A DNA stretch of 63,539 nucleotides, counting the filler, from Octopus bimaculoides (Eukaryota), in assembly GCF_001194135.2 (NCBI RefSeq). It is 8 parts of 7 records of this genome, joined end to end, with 100 filler letters (N's around TTAATTAATTAA, not from the genome) between each part and the next. Parts side by side here need not be neighbours in the genome. Positions count along the whole stretch, not along the records: positions 1 to 8,588 come from NC_068988.1; positions 8,689 to 16,558 come from NC_068985.1; 6 more parts are not named here. The stretch is one strand, 5' to 3'. Positions 1 through 12,105 of the stretch are shown piece by piece. Position 1 is the stretch's first letter. Every line of letters starts with the position of its first letter. The position numbers and the translations under genes are program-made. Under the pieces are notes generated by a model. It was not told where the DNA came from, did no database searches, and was given only the letters and a program-made list of their open reading frames with translations.

Positions 1-46
1 TCGGGAGGCCGCGTGCGGCGTAACAGCATATGCATGTGTGTGTGTA

Positions 47-99
<53 letters not shown>

Positions 100-399
100 A
101 TCGATGAATTTCCTGTAAGTCAGAAACATGCGCATTCTTAAAGAAATTTTGCGCAGTTATAATTTTACGTTGAGAAGTATTCTTGGTTATGACATATAGC
201 CGGTCAGGGAGTTACCATTGTTTTCAAGCCCACTGTTGCACTATTGCACCGGAAGTACATAGCATCTTTACTGATGTAGGTAAACAAACAATCTTTGTCA
301 ACTTAGTTGTGAAAAAAACCCAGGGCACGAAATCCCTTTTTGAAAGGGAAAAGAGGGTTGTATCCCCTTTTATTGTTCCATTTATAGCCTTAGTTATCA

Positions 400-760
400 G
401 TTGAGCCTACATAGGTTTTTTTTTTTTCGTTCTCTAGTCCAGAACGTGGAAGACCACGTTTTAAGATGAAATTCTTTCTCCATAGGGCATCCACCGACTT
501 CATGAATTCGCGATGACAACCGGATTTTACGAATATTGTAGGATCATTGGCCTCTCGGCTAAGCAAAGCGTTTATTTTGCCTGGGATTACATGAGTTCTC
601 TGTTGCTCCAACATATTTTCATGTGCGTGCTCTTACATTGTAGATGCTGCTGATGCTGATACTATTGAACGTACTCGGAGTTGCAAATGTGCATTTAATG
701 GGCACTCACTGGTAACCTTGCATGAGCATTCTTACTGCGCGAGTTTTGGAAGCGTTCACT
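400..760 (-). mobile_element. Degenerate Penelope-like GIY-YIG endonuclease remnant
   Basis: Minus-strand translation across frameshifts and stops gives CSCKVTSECPLN...SSIYNVRART*KYVGATENS...KEFHLKTW...KKNLCRL, resembling the PLE C-x-C...CPL / IY...YVG-x-T GIY-YIG layout. Confidence 0.4.
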
Positions 761-1025
761 AATATTTTCTTTACACTAGACGCACAGTTGAATTAGCCCC
801 TTACTTAATGTATATTAAATAGTATCACATGCATATGGAACTGTGTTTAAATGTATTTTTACTAATCAAAGGAATTCTCTCCACACAGGTTTTGACGTTA
901 TATGAGAATGATAGAACAAACCAGAGTATTTATGACAACACGCATTGTGTGTGTCAACTCCCGGCGTATAAGTAATATGACCCTTTCATCCGGCGGCTAC
1001 CAGATCTGTGATGTATTCTTATATA

Positions 1026-1085
1026 CTAGCTGGCCCTCGCCGTCATTTTTGACGGCTAATTGTTGTATTGACGGCTAATTGTACG
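1026..1085 (-). mobile_element. Helitron 3' terminus (element extends rightwards, extent unknown)
   Basis: On the minus strand, a GCCGTCA-AAAA-TGACGGC hairpin (1039-1056) is followed by 9 nt, then CTAG (1026-1029) and T. This is the canonical Helitron 3' end. Confidence 0.65.
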
Positions 1086-1539
1086 ACTTTACACGTAAAA
1101 CATTAAATTGAATAATATTACATGAAATGAGAAATATATGAATCATGAAAGTAAGATATAAAGTTCTAAATTATCCTAAGCAAAATGGCCTGTACCGACA
1201 GATTGTTTTACGTTTTTTTTATTCATCATAAGACAAATAACACTAATAACAGTGTCATTATTACCTAATTGTTATCTTTTATTTCTTGAATAGAAGGACT
1301 ATAATTATTTTCAATTTACGATAATTAAAAACAGAACAGAATTTAAATGCTTGCAATTGAAAACAATTGCATATTTTAAATTTATTAAAAACGAACGATC
1401 GGGCTTTTAAGTCTCCAGTAGTCTACGTGTGAGAAAGGCAATCTGTCTCCTTGATAATTAGGTGGAATTTAAAATAGTCTGTTCTAAGTAATAGAATATT
1501 GACTCTATTTACAATAACGTCATAAATAAATATGAAAAT

Positions 1540-1960
1540 GTAGCAGAAACAAATATTCCAAATGCAGAAAGCAAAAACGACCGGATTTCAACGAGATAAT
1601 TATCCCAACCAGATAATCACGAAAAACAAACTGAATGAAGCATAGAAAGCTACATCTAACATATATAATCACATAAGAGTTTATTGAGCAACATTGTAAA
1701 ATGCAAATCAACAGCTGCATGAAACCTATAAAGAAGGAATTCACTCTTATCTTTAGGATAAAATAATTATAATCCAAAATCCTTCAGAAAACCAATACGT
1801 TCTCCTTCAGGCAGAGTAATTCTGTTACCCACTTAGGTAGACACCAAACATCAAAGGTCAAACTATCATTCATGTTTAAAGAAATCTTACTCATATTTAT
1901 AATATACTTTGCAAAACAGGAAATAAGAATGTGTATCAAATCCTTTTCGAATAAAAGCAG
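1540..1960 (+). mobile_element. Degenerate Penelope-like RT C-terminal/linker remnant
   Basis: Stop-interrupted frame with FQRDNYPNQII and TPNIKGQT...KTGNKNVYQIL, similar to PLE F-x-x-NGYP-x-x-II and LPYIKG...FK-x-x-N motifs. Confidence 0.35.
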
Positions 1961-2009
1961 CAGATTTATTAAATGTTTCAATGATCAAAGCGTAAATTTG
2001 TATTGTTAC

Positions 2010-3005
2010 TTGTCGAGTTCAGGCTCTGCAATCTGTCCAGACGCCGGTAACAAATAGTGACCAACAATATTTATGTCACTGAACTGCTCTACAATGACTA
2101 CAATATCACACCAGTTCATTTACTCAAAGGAATGCAGAAATTGGTTAGCAACTTAAAATTGCGTATGATCCCTTCGGTTTATCATAGCAGAATACAAAAC
2201 TACTATCACAACCTTATTCCAACTCAATCCTTCCACATTTTAGCATCACCACTGCAATGATTGGACCAGATCCTTTACCCCAGAAGCGTCCTCTTCGTAT
2301 AAGCTTAAGTAAGACTTCCAGACCACGAACCGAGCTGAACTGCTCGTGTCTCTTTTGGTAAACCCTTTAAGCGTGCCTACAGAAGCAAGAACCTAAAACT
2401 ACAAACGAAGGTTATGGTGTATGAAGCCAGATTTGTGTCCACCTTGCACTCCCGGTTTGAGACATGGACCTTGCACCGCCAACACACCACAAACCCGTAC
2501 TACTTCATCAACAAAAACTGCCAAAAAGGCATGGCACTGTCAACAACATTGCAGTCCTTGAATGGACCAAAGTCAATCATATTGAGGCTATCATCAAACA
2601 TCACCTTAGATGCGCAGGTCAGTCCGTTTCGTGAATAACACCAAGCAGCCACGTCATATCCTGTATAGCGATGTCATCATCGACAGTACACTATGCCGAT
2701 ATGTCAAGCAACGCTATATTAAAAAAAAAACAACTGAAGAGCACAAACAACAGCGCTAAATACGAGGAGAAACACATAGAAGAAATGCATCGTGGCGTTT
2801 TATCAAGATTTATGGAGAATATTTCGAAAAACATCGTCGGAAAAATGAAGAAAAATGGCCACGATGAAAGACCTGCCAATGCCATTCACAGCCTCCAGCG
2901 ACAAACAGATGTAAAATTTATAGGCAAGTGTTCCATGCAAATATCGGTCTTGACAACCAAGCACAAAAGAAGAAAAACACTCAGAAACGACATGGAACCG
3001 ACGAC
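2010..3005 (+). mobile_element. RTE-clade LINE, 3' half of RT plus C-terminus, decayed
   Basis: Frameshifted peptides CNLSRRR..IYVTELLY(ND), PFGLS*QNTK, VSFGKPFKRAY..KLQTKVMVY..ETWTLHRQH, VLEWTKVNHIEAIIKHHLRCAGQ, PRHILYSD, and terminal CKIYRQVFHANIGL, all co-linear with RTE/BovB ORF2. Confidence 0.85.
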
Positions 3006-3547
3006 AATGATATATATATATATATATATATNNNNNNNNNNNNNNNNNNNNNNNNNNNNNNNNNNNNNNNNNNNNNNNNNNNNNNNNNNNNNNNNNNNNN
3101 NNNNNNNNNNNNNNNNNNNNNNNNNNNNNNNNNNNNNNNNNNNNNNNNNNNNNNNNNNNNNNNNNNNNNNNNNNNNNNNNNNNNNNNNNNNNNNNNNNNN
3201 NNNNNNNNNNNNNNNNNNNNNNNNNNNNNNNNNNNNNNNNNNNNNNNNNNNNNNNNNNNNNNNNNNNNNNNNNNNNNNNNNNNNNNNNNNNNNNNNNNNN
3301 NNNNNNNNNNNNNNNNNNNNNNNNNNNNNNNNNNNNNNNNNNNNNNNNNNNNNNNNNNNNNNNNNNNNNNNNNNNNNNNNNNNNNNNNNNNNNNNNNNNN
3401 NNNNNNNNNNNNNNNNNNNNNNNNNNNNNNNNNNNNNNNNNNNNNNNNNNNNNNNNNNNNNNNNNNNNNNNNNNNNNNNNNNNNNNNNNNNNNNNNNNNN
3501 NNNNNNNNNNNNNNNNNNNNNNNNNNNNNNNNNNNNNNNNNNNNNNN

Positions 3548-3657
3548 AAAATATGAAATACCACAAGGTATAGAAAATATGAAATACCACAAGGTATAGA
3601 AAATATGAAATACCACAAGGTATAGAAAATATGAAATATCACAAGGTATAGAAAATA
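3548..3657. repeat. 26-bp minisatellite, about 4 copies (AAAATATGAAATACCACAAGGTATAG)
   Basis: Direct tandem copies with no spacers, abutting a gap. Confidence 0.9.
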
Positions 3658-3932
3658 CATATTCGCCTTTATATATTTAATCCTTTATATTGAACACTCA
3701 ATATTTCATCTATTCAATAAGACATATTCCATATATTCAATAAGACATTCAATACTTTATTTCATAGTAACATCCATTTTTATTTTATATAATATATTGT
3801 ATATTATATTAGATATTGTATATTCCATATTCTATATCCCACATTGGTTTTGCAGGAATATAAATAAAACATAAAAAAACAGACAGTGTTGGAACTCTTT
3901 TAAACTCTTTTATTTATTTATTTATACATATA

Positions 3933-4310
3933 TAGGGTGGCTGAAAATTAAGTAGGCATTAAAAATTGATGATAAAATCCATATTCCTTTTACAAATTTA
4001 TTGAAACAAATGATGCATATTCTTTTTTGCACGGGAAGATGAAAGTAAATCTTCATATTTTAACGTAAGTACCGGTTGCGTCGACCAGTTTCCTCAAACA
4101 GCGAGAGATGGCACTAACAACCTCCTGGAAGACGTCGTCTGAGAAATTGAAAACCTTAGGAATTCGTATCTTCAAGCCGTTTAGTGTGCGAGGATTTGTC
4201 TTGAACTCCTCCTCTTTTGTGTAACCACACAAGTAAAAATCACATGGATGGAGTGAGATCTGGACTTCAGGACTTCTGCGGTCACAGTCTTCAGGTCTTA
4301 GATCCTGCAC
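3933..4310 (-). mobile_element. Tc1/mariner-superfamily transposon, 3' fragment with TIR
   Basis: ORF 4053-4310 has (R)SPE..PCDFYLCGYTKEEEFKTNPRTLNGLKIRI..RCLRKLVDATG, matching the SPDL-x-P-x-DF-x-LWG transposase tail. TA|TAGGGTGGC terminus near 3933. Confidence 0.8.
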
Positions 4311-4982
4311 GAAATTTCAATTCTTTATACACCACCGTACGTATTGTGTGTTGTTATTCCTCCTTAACGAGTTGCTTGACGTGTTGATTCTTGTTGGCTG
4401 CGATGAAATATATATATATATATATANNNNNNNNNNNNNNNNNNNNNNNNNNNNNNNNNNNNNNNNNNNNNNNNNNNNNNNNNNNNNNNNNNNNNNNNNN
4501 NNNNNNNNNNNNNNNNNNNNNNNNNNNNNNNNNNNNNNNNNNNNNNNNNNNNNNNNNNNNNNNNNNNNNNNNNNNNNNNNNNNNNNNNNNNNNNNNNNNN
4601 NNNNNNNNNNNNNNNNNNNNNNNNNNNNNNNNNNNNNNNNNNNNNNNNNNNNNNNNNNNNNNNNNNNNNNNNNNNNNNNNNNNNNNNNNNNNNNNNNNNN
4701 NNNNNNNNNNNNNNNNNNNNNNNNNNNNNNNNNNNNNNNNNNNNNNNNNNNNNNNNNNNNNNNNNNNNNNNNNNNNNNNNNNNNNNNNNNNNNNNNNNNN
4801 NNNNNNNNNNNNNNNNNNNNNNNNNNNNNNNNNNNNNNNNNNNNNNNNNNNNNNNNNNNNTATATATATATAAATTTAAATAAGAAGGGTGAAAAAATGA
4901 ATATTAATTTGATTAATATCAATTTAAAACTAGTGGCCTTGCATATAGATAAAAACTGAAGATTCAGAAAAATTATATTCCA

Positions 4983-5410
4983 TACATATAAGAGGGATGA
5001 CCACTTAGTGGACATCCATTTTGCTAGAAGTAGAGCATTTATGGTCTGACCACTAAGAAAAGATTTTCTCAAGAAAATTCAGCAAACACCAGAACGTAAG
5101 CGAGCAAGACAAATGAAAAGATGCAAAATATAAAGATTAATCAAAGACCGGTGCGGACGTCTCGTGTATAGTTCTGCAAATGATATTGCCAAGACGATCA
5201 TACTGAAGAGTTGCGGACAATTACGTAAGTGGTGTCAACGAAACCAGTCTATGATTAATCTTTATATTTTGTATCTTTTCATTTGTCTTGCTCGCTTACG
5301 TTGTGGTGTTTTTGAATTTTCTTGAGAACCATCTCTTCTTAGTGGTCAGACAATAGGTGGTCTACTTCTAGCAAAATAGATGTCCACTTGGTGGTCATCC
5401 CTCTTATATG

Positions 5411-5412
<2 letters not shown>
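4983..5412. mobile_element. Fold-back element with about 170-bp inverted arms (Penelope pLTR-like)
   Basis: Arms 4983-5152 and 5243-5412 are imperfect reverse complements with a 90-bp spacer. Confidence 0.85.
5197..5255 (+). ncRNA. Type I hammerhead ribozyme motif (CUGAAGA core, minimal helix III)
   Basis: Helix I ATCATA/TATGAT, core CTGAAGA 5203-5209, helix II GTTG/CAAC, GAAA 5240-5243, helix III AC-ca-GT, cleavage triplet GTC 5247-5249. Confidence 0.7.
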
Positions 5413-5448
<36 letters not shown>

Positions 5449-5765
5449 TGCATGAATGAAAGAAAGAAAGGAGTTGTTGGAATGGCTTAAATTGTACTTA
5501 TATGGTCAGCTTGTTGAAGTTAATGCCAATTTAAGATTTCAGTCTTGTTTTAGTCATTGCTTTGACATCATGTCTCTCTCTCTCTCTCTCTTTTTTCTCT
5601 TATATACAAATCATGTATGTATAATATACACATTCACTTACATACATACATACATACACGCACACACATGCAATACACAATGTATAATGTAATATATATA
5701 TATATGTATATATATGTATATATATGTATATATACATACACGTATACATCCACCCATCCACACTC

Positions 5766-5800
<35 letters not shown>

Positions 5801-7099
5801 NNNNNNNNNNNNNNNNNNNNNNNNNNNNNNNNNNNNNNNNNNNNNNNNNNNNNNNNNNNNNNNNNNNNNNNNNNNNNNNNNNNNNNNNNNNNNNNNNNNN
5901 NNNNNNNNNNNNNNNNNNNNNNNNNNNNNNNNNNNNNNNNNNNNNNNNNNNNNNNNNNNNNNNNNNNNNNNNNNNNNNNNNNNNNNNNNNNNNNNNNNNN
6001 NNNNNNNNNNNNNNNNNNNNNNNNNNNNNNNNNNNNNNNNNNNNNNNNNNNNNNNNNNNNNNNNNNNNNNNNNNNNNNNNNNNNNNNNNNNNNNNNNNNN
6101 NNNNNNNNNNNNNNNNNNNNNNNNNNNNNNNNNNNNNNNNNNNNNNNNNNNNNNNNNNNNNNNNNNNNNNNNNNNNNNNNNNNNNNNNNNNNNNNNNNNN
6201 NNNNNNNNNNNNNNNNNNNNNNNNNNNNNNNNNNNNNNNNNNNNNNNNNNNNNNNNNNNNNNNNNNNNNNNNNNNNNNNNNNNNNNNNNNNNNNNNNNNN
6301 NNNNNNNNNNNNNNNNNNNNNNNNNNNNNNNNNNNNNNNNNNNNNNNNNNNNNNNNNNNNNNNNNNNNNNNNNNNNNNNNNNNNNNNNNNNNNNNNNNNN
6401 NNNNNNNNNNNNNNNNNNNNNNNNNNNNNNNNNNNNNNNNNNNNNNNNNNNNNNNNNNNNNNNNNNNNNNNNNNNNNNNNNNNNNNNNNNNNNNNNNNNN
6501 NNNNNNNNNNNNNNNNNNNNNNNNNNNNNNNNNNNNNNNNNNNNNNNNNNNNNNNNNNNNNNNNNNNNNNNNNNNNNNNNNNNNNNNNNNNNNNNNNNNN
6601 NNNNNNNNNNNNNNNNNNNNNNNNNNNNNNNNNNNNNNNNNNNNATGAATATATGTATGCTCCTATACACACACATGTAGGCACATACACTCACACGTAC
6701 ACATATCTGTGTGTATGCATATATATTATATACGATCAAAGTATTTTTCAGTGTTAGTCGAGGAATGAAACAGATTTAAGCAAGAATAAATTCAGTCACG
6801 ATTATGAAATATGAAAGAAATCCAAAAGTTCAAATCGGATTTAATATGTAAACATACACTCGATTCAATCGATTAATCGAACACAAAATAAACGTACGCT
6901 TGGAGAAGATCAAAATGAGTATTCAAGTACTCACATTTGATTATTTCACTCATAAGCCATGTGTAATTCCAGCCACATCTTCCGCAATACTTAGCTAGGT
7001 ACTCTACTTGTATTAGTTAACTATATCAAATAATGTACGTAACTTGTTCACTAGCAGTGAGTGTCCACGTATATTATCCTTGCTATAAATATTGCCCAA

Positions 7100-8010
7100 C
7101 CTTTCAGAATCCTATAAGTGATTATTTTTTTTTATCTAACGCTTAGTTAATCGAAGAATTTTTGATAAAATGGTGTTCCATTGCTTTCTGGTATTTTGAG
7201 CCATCCAATGGGTATTTGTCGAAAGGAAAAGATCTTCAATTTGCTTTTTTCACACATTTCCAGATGTTTACTCAGCAGAATCTCGCATAACACTTTTTGC
7301 ATGATATGCTCTCTGTGGATTCATGTTCGTTCGCAAAGGGAATTGTTGGTTTCGCCAATATAATTGTCCTTGCAACTGGGGCAGGTTTTGCAATATATGA
7401 GTTTCTGTATCTTGCAATTCATATCTGCATTTACTTTGAAGGAGAATTCACATTTAAATTTTATATCAGAATTACTGTCCAAATATTTGATGTTATTGTT
7501 ATTACATGTACCACATCTATTATCTCTACAATCCTCCACGGAGAAGTCTGCATCAAACTCTGATGTGTATCTTGCCCTCGTAAGATGATTTTTAAATATT
7601 TCTTTGGTTCACATTTACTGTTGCACATCAACCAGATTTTGCATATTGGGTCGTTGTAGGAATATTGATAGGTTTGTTTTTATAGCGTGAACATTTTTGA
7701 CTAATACTGAATTAAGTGTATTGGTAAATGCAATAGTACTGTCTTCAATTATTTTCTTAGATATCCTCTGTATATTACAGAGGATATCACCTTTATAATT
7801 CCATCATTTATTAATTTTGTCCGTTTTTGTAAATCAAATCCGTTGTGACCGTGGAGTCACATATTTCTACGAGAATGGTAAGTCATTATGACTGGTTCCT
7901 GTCGTTAATTTGATAGATGATTTTATTGAATATTTGTAAACCATCATTTGATTGCTCCCAAAACATAAAGCAGTCACAGGGGATATATTTCACACACAAG
8001 AAAAATAAAT
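7100..8010 (-). mobile_element. Penelope-like retroelement: RT C-terminal remnants plus GIY-YIG endonuclease
   Basis: ORF 7321-7539 CRDNRCGTC...MNCKIQKLIYCKTCPSCKDNYIGETNNSLCER, continuing *IHREHI..LSKHLEMC..KIFSF. Upstream are KNHLTRARYTS and the degenerate RT motif KYIPCDCFMFW (about 7900-8000). Confidence 0.85.
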
Positions 8011-8452
8011 AAATAAATAAAATATACACGCACCAATAATTGAACTTCTGCTCTTGCCATCCTTCCCACATCAAAAGGAACATTTCATACAGTATGGTAA
8101 GACGTATCTGTGCAATAGTAGTTGATCACCACATTTTATAGCTGAATTTCAAGCCAGAGTTTTAGTGGTAAACCGAACTGTGCACTCATAGAACATACCT
8201 ATTACATTACGTCGATTGACAAAAACTATATATATCTCTTCCATCCATCCATACATACATACATACATACATATAGTTCACAGATGAGATCCATATATTC
8301 ACTACACAGAAGACACACTTAGTGCTCAAAAGATTCAAACTCAAATTCCCATGTAAAGACATCGGAGTCTAAGTTTGAATCTTTTCAGTACATACATATA
8401 TACATAGATACATACATACGTATAAACATACTCACAAACATATATACGTACA

Positions 8453-8495
<43 letters not shown>

Positions 8496-8710
8496 TACAC
8501 AATCTGAGAGTAGGAAAGCTGTATCTATTTTAGATAAAGGACTAGGGTTGACAGCGCATGGTTAGGTATGGTCATATACATATATATANNNNNNNNNNNN
8601 NNNNNNNNNNNNNNNNNNNNNNNNNNNNNNNNTTAATTAATTAANNNNNNNNNNNNNNNNNNNNNNNNNNNNNNNNNNNNNNNNNNNNTGTGTGTGTGTG
8701 TGTATGTATG

Positions 8711-8900
8711 TTTGTCCCCCCAACATCGCTTGACAACCGATGGCGGTGTGTTTACGTCCCCGTAACTTAGCGGTTCGGCAAAAGAGACCGCTAGAATAAG
8801 TACTAGGCTTACAAGGAATAAGTCCTGGGGTCGATTTGTTCGATTAAAGGCGATGCTCCAGCATGGCCGCAGTCAAAATGACTGAAACAAGTAAAAGAGT
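8711..8900 (+). mobile_element. tRNA-derived SINE family A, 3' half
   Basis: Matches the 3' half of the copies at 30323, 10585, 42236, 60540 and 63117. Confidence 0.85.
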
Positions 8901-9687
8901 ATACGTTTGCTTTTTATAATGCTCTAAGTTACTGATTGTGGTAGGGAGCTGAGTACATCTCTAAGAAGCGGTCAACAAACCGTGGAATAGTCCGTTAGAA
9001 GACTCGCCTTGTAGTTTTTCCTGCACATCAACAACATAGAAAGAATGTACTCTCATTTTTATTTTTATTTACAGCGAAGATTTGTAATATTTAAATATAT
9101 AGCAACCCAGCTTTATGCATTGTGTTGTCCATAAAATAGCGGTATCTTCTAATTAACGAAAGACTATCAAAAACGTAACAATGTCAATATGCATATCACG
9201 CTATCCACAAGAGTGTTTATCTGATTTATATCTGGGTATTTTATGCAAATAATTGAAGAGCGACGCTGGATATGATTTCCCTGGAGAACGGTCAGGAAAA
9301 AATGAAACTGCCCATCAGGAGACTTTCCTACTCATTTTCCGTACTGTAGAAAGAATGCGTTTAAATTCTTATTTCATCCGTAGAGAAGCTTTGTAGTAAA
9401 TTTATTTCACTTCTAGTATTATGCACGTGTTGGGCATAATGTTGTGCGCGCGCAATTGTGTATGTCAGAGATAGATAGATAGATAGAGAGAGAGAATGAA
9501 CGTGTGAGTGTGTATAAATATACAAATACATACATGCACATATGTGTATAAACACGCATATGCATCACACACAGACACACACACACACAACGCACACACA
9601 CATACATATATATGTATATATATACATAAATATAATGCACACACAAATAATTTATATATAAATATGTATAAATATAGAGATATATAT

Positions 9688-9735
<48 letters not shown>

Positions 9736-10280
9736 CACACATATATACGCATATACATTTATATATATATATATATATATGCATATATGTGTGCGTGTGT
9801 GTCTGTGTATATATGTGTGTGTACACAAACATACACCCACTTAATACACAAACATAATAACAGTCATATTCATTAATATGCTCAGTTTCTATGCGTTATA
9901 TTTGTTAGCCCAAAAATCTAAATGTCATTTCTCTGTTGTGACGCAGGCTAAGGCATAGATATTTCTAAGGATGGTATTTAATATTTCCTAGAGAAGTTGA
10001 TAGCAATTTACTTATTTGTTTGTTCATCTGAAAGAGACAACGTCTTTTCTGATTAATATAAAACATTTCTTTTTATATTTTGACGTAGCGAAAACCAATC
10101 ACGCAAATATTGTGCAACAAACGATATGCTTGCGAGAATATTTTCTTAGAGAAATCTCTATAATTAATATTGAGTAACTAGTACTGCAATATCACACGCA
10201 TGTACGCACAGAAAGTGCATAAATACGCACTTACATACATACATACATAAACATATATGAATGTATAGTAAATAAATAAA

Positions 10281-10526
10281 TGCGCCCCTTTTAAAGCCTA
10301 GCCAGGCTCATGGGCCCGGTTTCCCGGTTTCAATGGCGTATGTGTTCCCCAGCTGGACGGTACGCCAGTCCATCGCAGCGTTACCCATTTTTGCCAGCTG
10401 AATGGACTGGAGCAACGTGAAATGAAGTGTTTTACTCAAGAACACAACGCGTCGCTCGGTCCAGGAATCGAAACCACAATCTTACGAAAATGGTGCTGAC
10501 ACCCTAACCGCTAAGCCACGCGCCGC
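10281..10526 (-). mobile_element. tRNA-derived SINE family C (CORE-like central domain)
   Basis: Minus-strand head TGGCTTAGCGG...GGTTTCGATTCC (A/B boxes), TTGTGTTCTTGAGTAAAACACTT core. Near-identical copy at 25307-25530. Confidence 0.8.
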
Positions 10527-10533
10527 CATATAC

Positions 10534-10564
<31 letters not shown>

Positions 10565-10584
10565 TGTATATATATTCTTTTATT

Positions 10585-10897
10585 CTTTTACTTGTTTCAG
10601 TCATTTGACTGCCGCCATGCTGGAGCACCATCTTTAGTCGAACAAATCGACCCCATGACTTATTCTTTGTAAGCCTAGTGTTTATTCTATGGGTGTCTTT
10701 TGCCGAACCGCTAAGTTACACAAACAACGGTTGTCAAGCGATGGTGGGGGGACAAACAGTCATACAAATGCACACACACACACACACACATATATATACG
10801 TCGGGCTTCTTTCAGTTTCCGTCTACTAAATCCACTCACAAGGCTTTGGTCGGCCCGAGGCTATAGTAGAAGACACCTGACGAAGGTGCCACGCAGT
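10585..10897 (-). mobile_element. SINE family A copy with internal (CA)n
   Basis: Reverse complement of the 30323-30709 copy. Confidence 0.85.
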
Positions 10898-11092
10898 NNN
10901 NNNNNNNNNNNNNNNNNNNNNNNNNNNNNNNNNNNNNNNNNNNNNNNNNNNNNNNNNNNNNNNNNNNNNNNNNNNNNNNNNNNNNNNNNNNNNNNNNNNN
11001 NNNNNNNNNNNNNNNNNNNNNNNNNNNNNNNNNNNNNNNNNNNNNNNNNNNNNNNNNNNNNTGTGTGTGTGTGTGTGTGTGTGTGTGTGTTC

Positions 11093-11225
11093 CTTTCTGT
11101 GGAAGAGCGTAAGCTCGAAACGTTAAAGACTTTTTTAATTCCCGAGCGTTATACTAATACATCCATTTGTTTTCTACACCACCTGTCTTCGTCTGTTGTT
11201 TTTCTTCTGTGAACTCTCCCTATAT
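11093..11225 (+). mobile_element. Penelope pLTR-like repeat beginning with a hammerhead-like fold
   Basis: CTTT-CTGTGGA-A-GAGC(GTAA)GCTC-GAAA-CG-TT-AAAG. The same family recurs at about 30085-30200. Confidence 0.5.
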
Positions 11226-11230
11226 ATATA

Positions 11231-11385
11231 TACGACGGGCTTCTATCAGTTTCTGTCAACCATATCCACTCACAAGGCTTTGGTCGGCCCGAGGCTATAG
11301 TAGAAGACATTTAACCAAGTTGGTACGCAGTGTGACGGAATCCGGAACTGTGTGGTTGGGAAGAAATCCTCTTACCACACAACCA
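11231..11385 (-). mobile_element. SINE family A, 5' half
   Basis: Matches the reverse complement of 30323-30490. Confidence 0.8.
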
Positions 11386-12052
11386 CATGTCTGTGTGTGT
11401 GTGTATGCTTGTTACCAATACTGTCAATGCTTTCATGCACAAAAATTCTGCAGATTTCTAAAGCTCGACGAACGTTAGTAATCCGACTTTATGTTGATTG
11501 GGACTCATCCTACATAGAGATAGATTACCAATATGATGCTCTTGATCACATGTCTGCACCATCAGAATTGACCTGGGGTTAAACAACGAGAACAACAACT
11601 GTCCACGTTCATATTCAATAATTAGTACTCGACGAGAAGGAGGAAATTACTTTCGCAAAATACTACTCACCAGTTCTGGAGAATTCTAAAAGCTATTGTT
11701 CTTTTCACTATTTGAGAACTATTGAAGTGTTTAAATATAAAAAGGATGACGGATGACGTAGGCGAAAGAGGAGGAGGAGAAAGAAGACGAGGAGAAGCGG
11801 GAGGCAAGGAGGAAGAGGAGAAGAGAATAATATTTTTGAATCCAATAACTGAATTTCATTTCTGGTCCACCAAGAGAATGATTTAATTACGTCTTTTAAT
11901 TTATTTGTTGGTAGTTTTTTTTTACCCGTATTTTTTCTATTGATGTTATTTCTTTTCTGTTAAGTCATTTGAAAAATATAAATCCATGTAGCAGTAGTAG
12001 TAGCAACAGCAGCAGCAGCTGCAGCAGTAATCTTTTTCTGGTTTTATAGTGT

Positions 12053-12105
<53 letters not shown>

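Noticed and set aside
1800-1960. Helitron/Pif1 helicase motif (YPLR..KGQT)
   Set aside because: Wrong orientation relative to the Helitron 3' end. A Penelope linker fits better.
3548-3657. Possible CRISPR array (also 30773-30844)
   Set aside because: Head-to-tail tandem units with no unique spacers, no cas genes, and a eukaryotic context.
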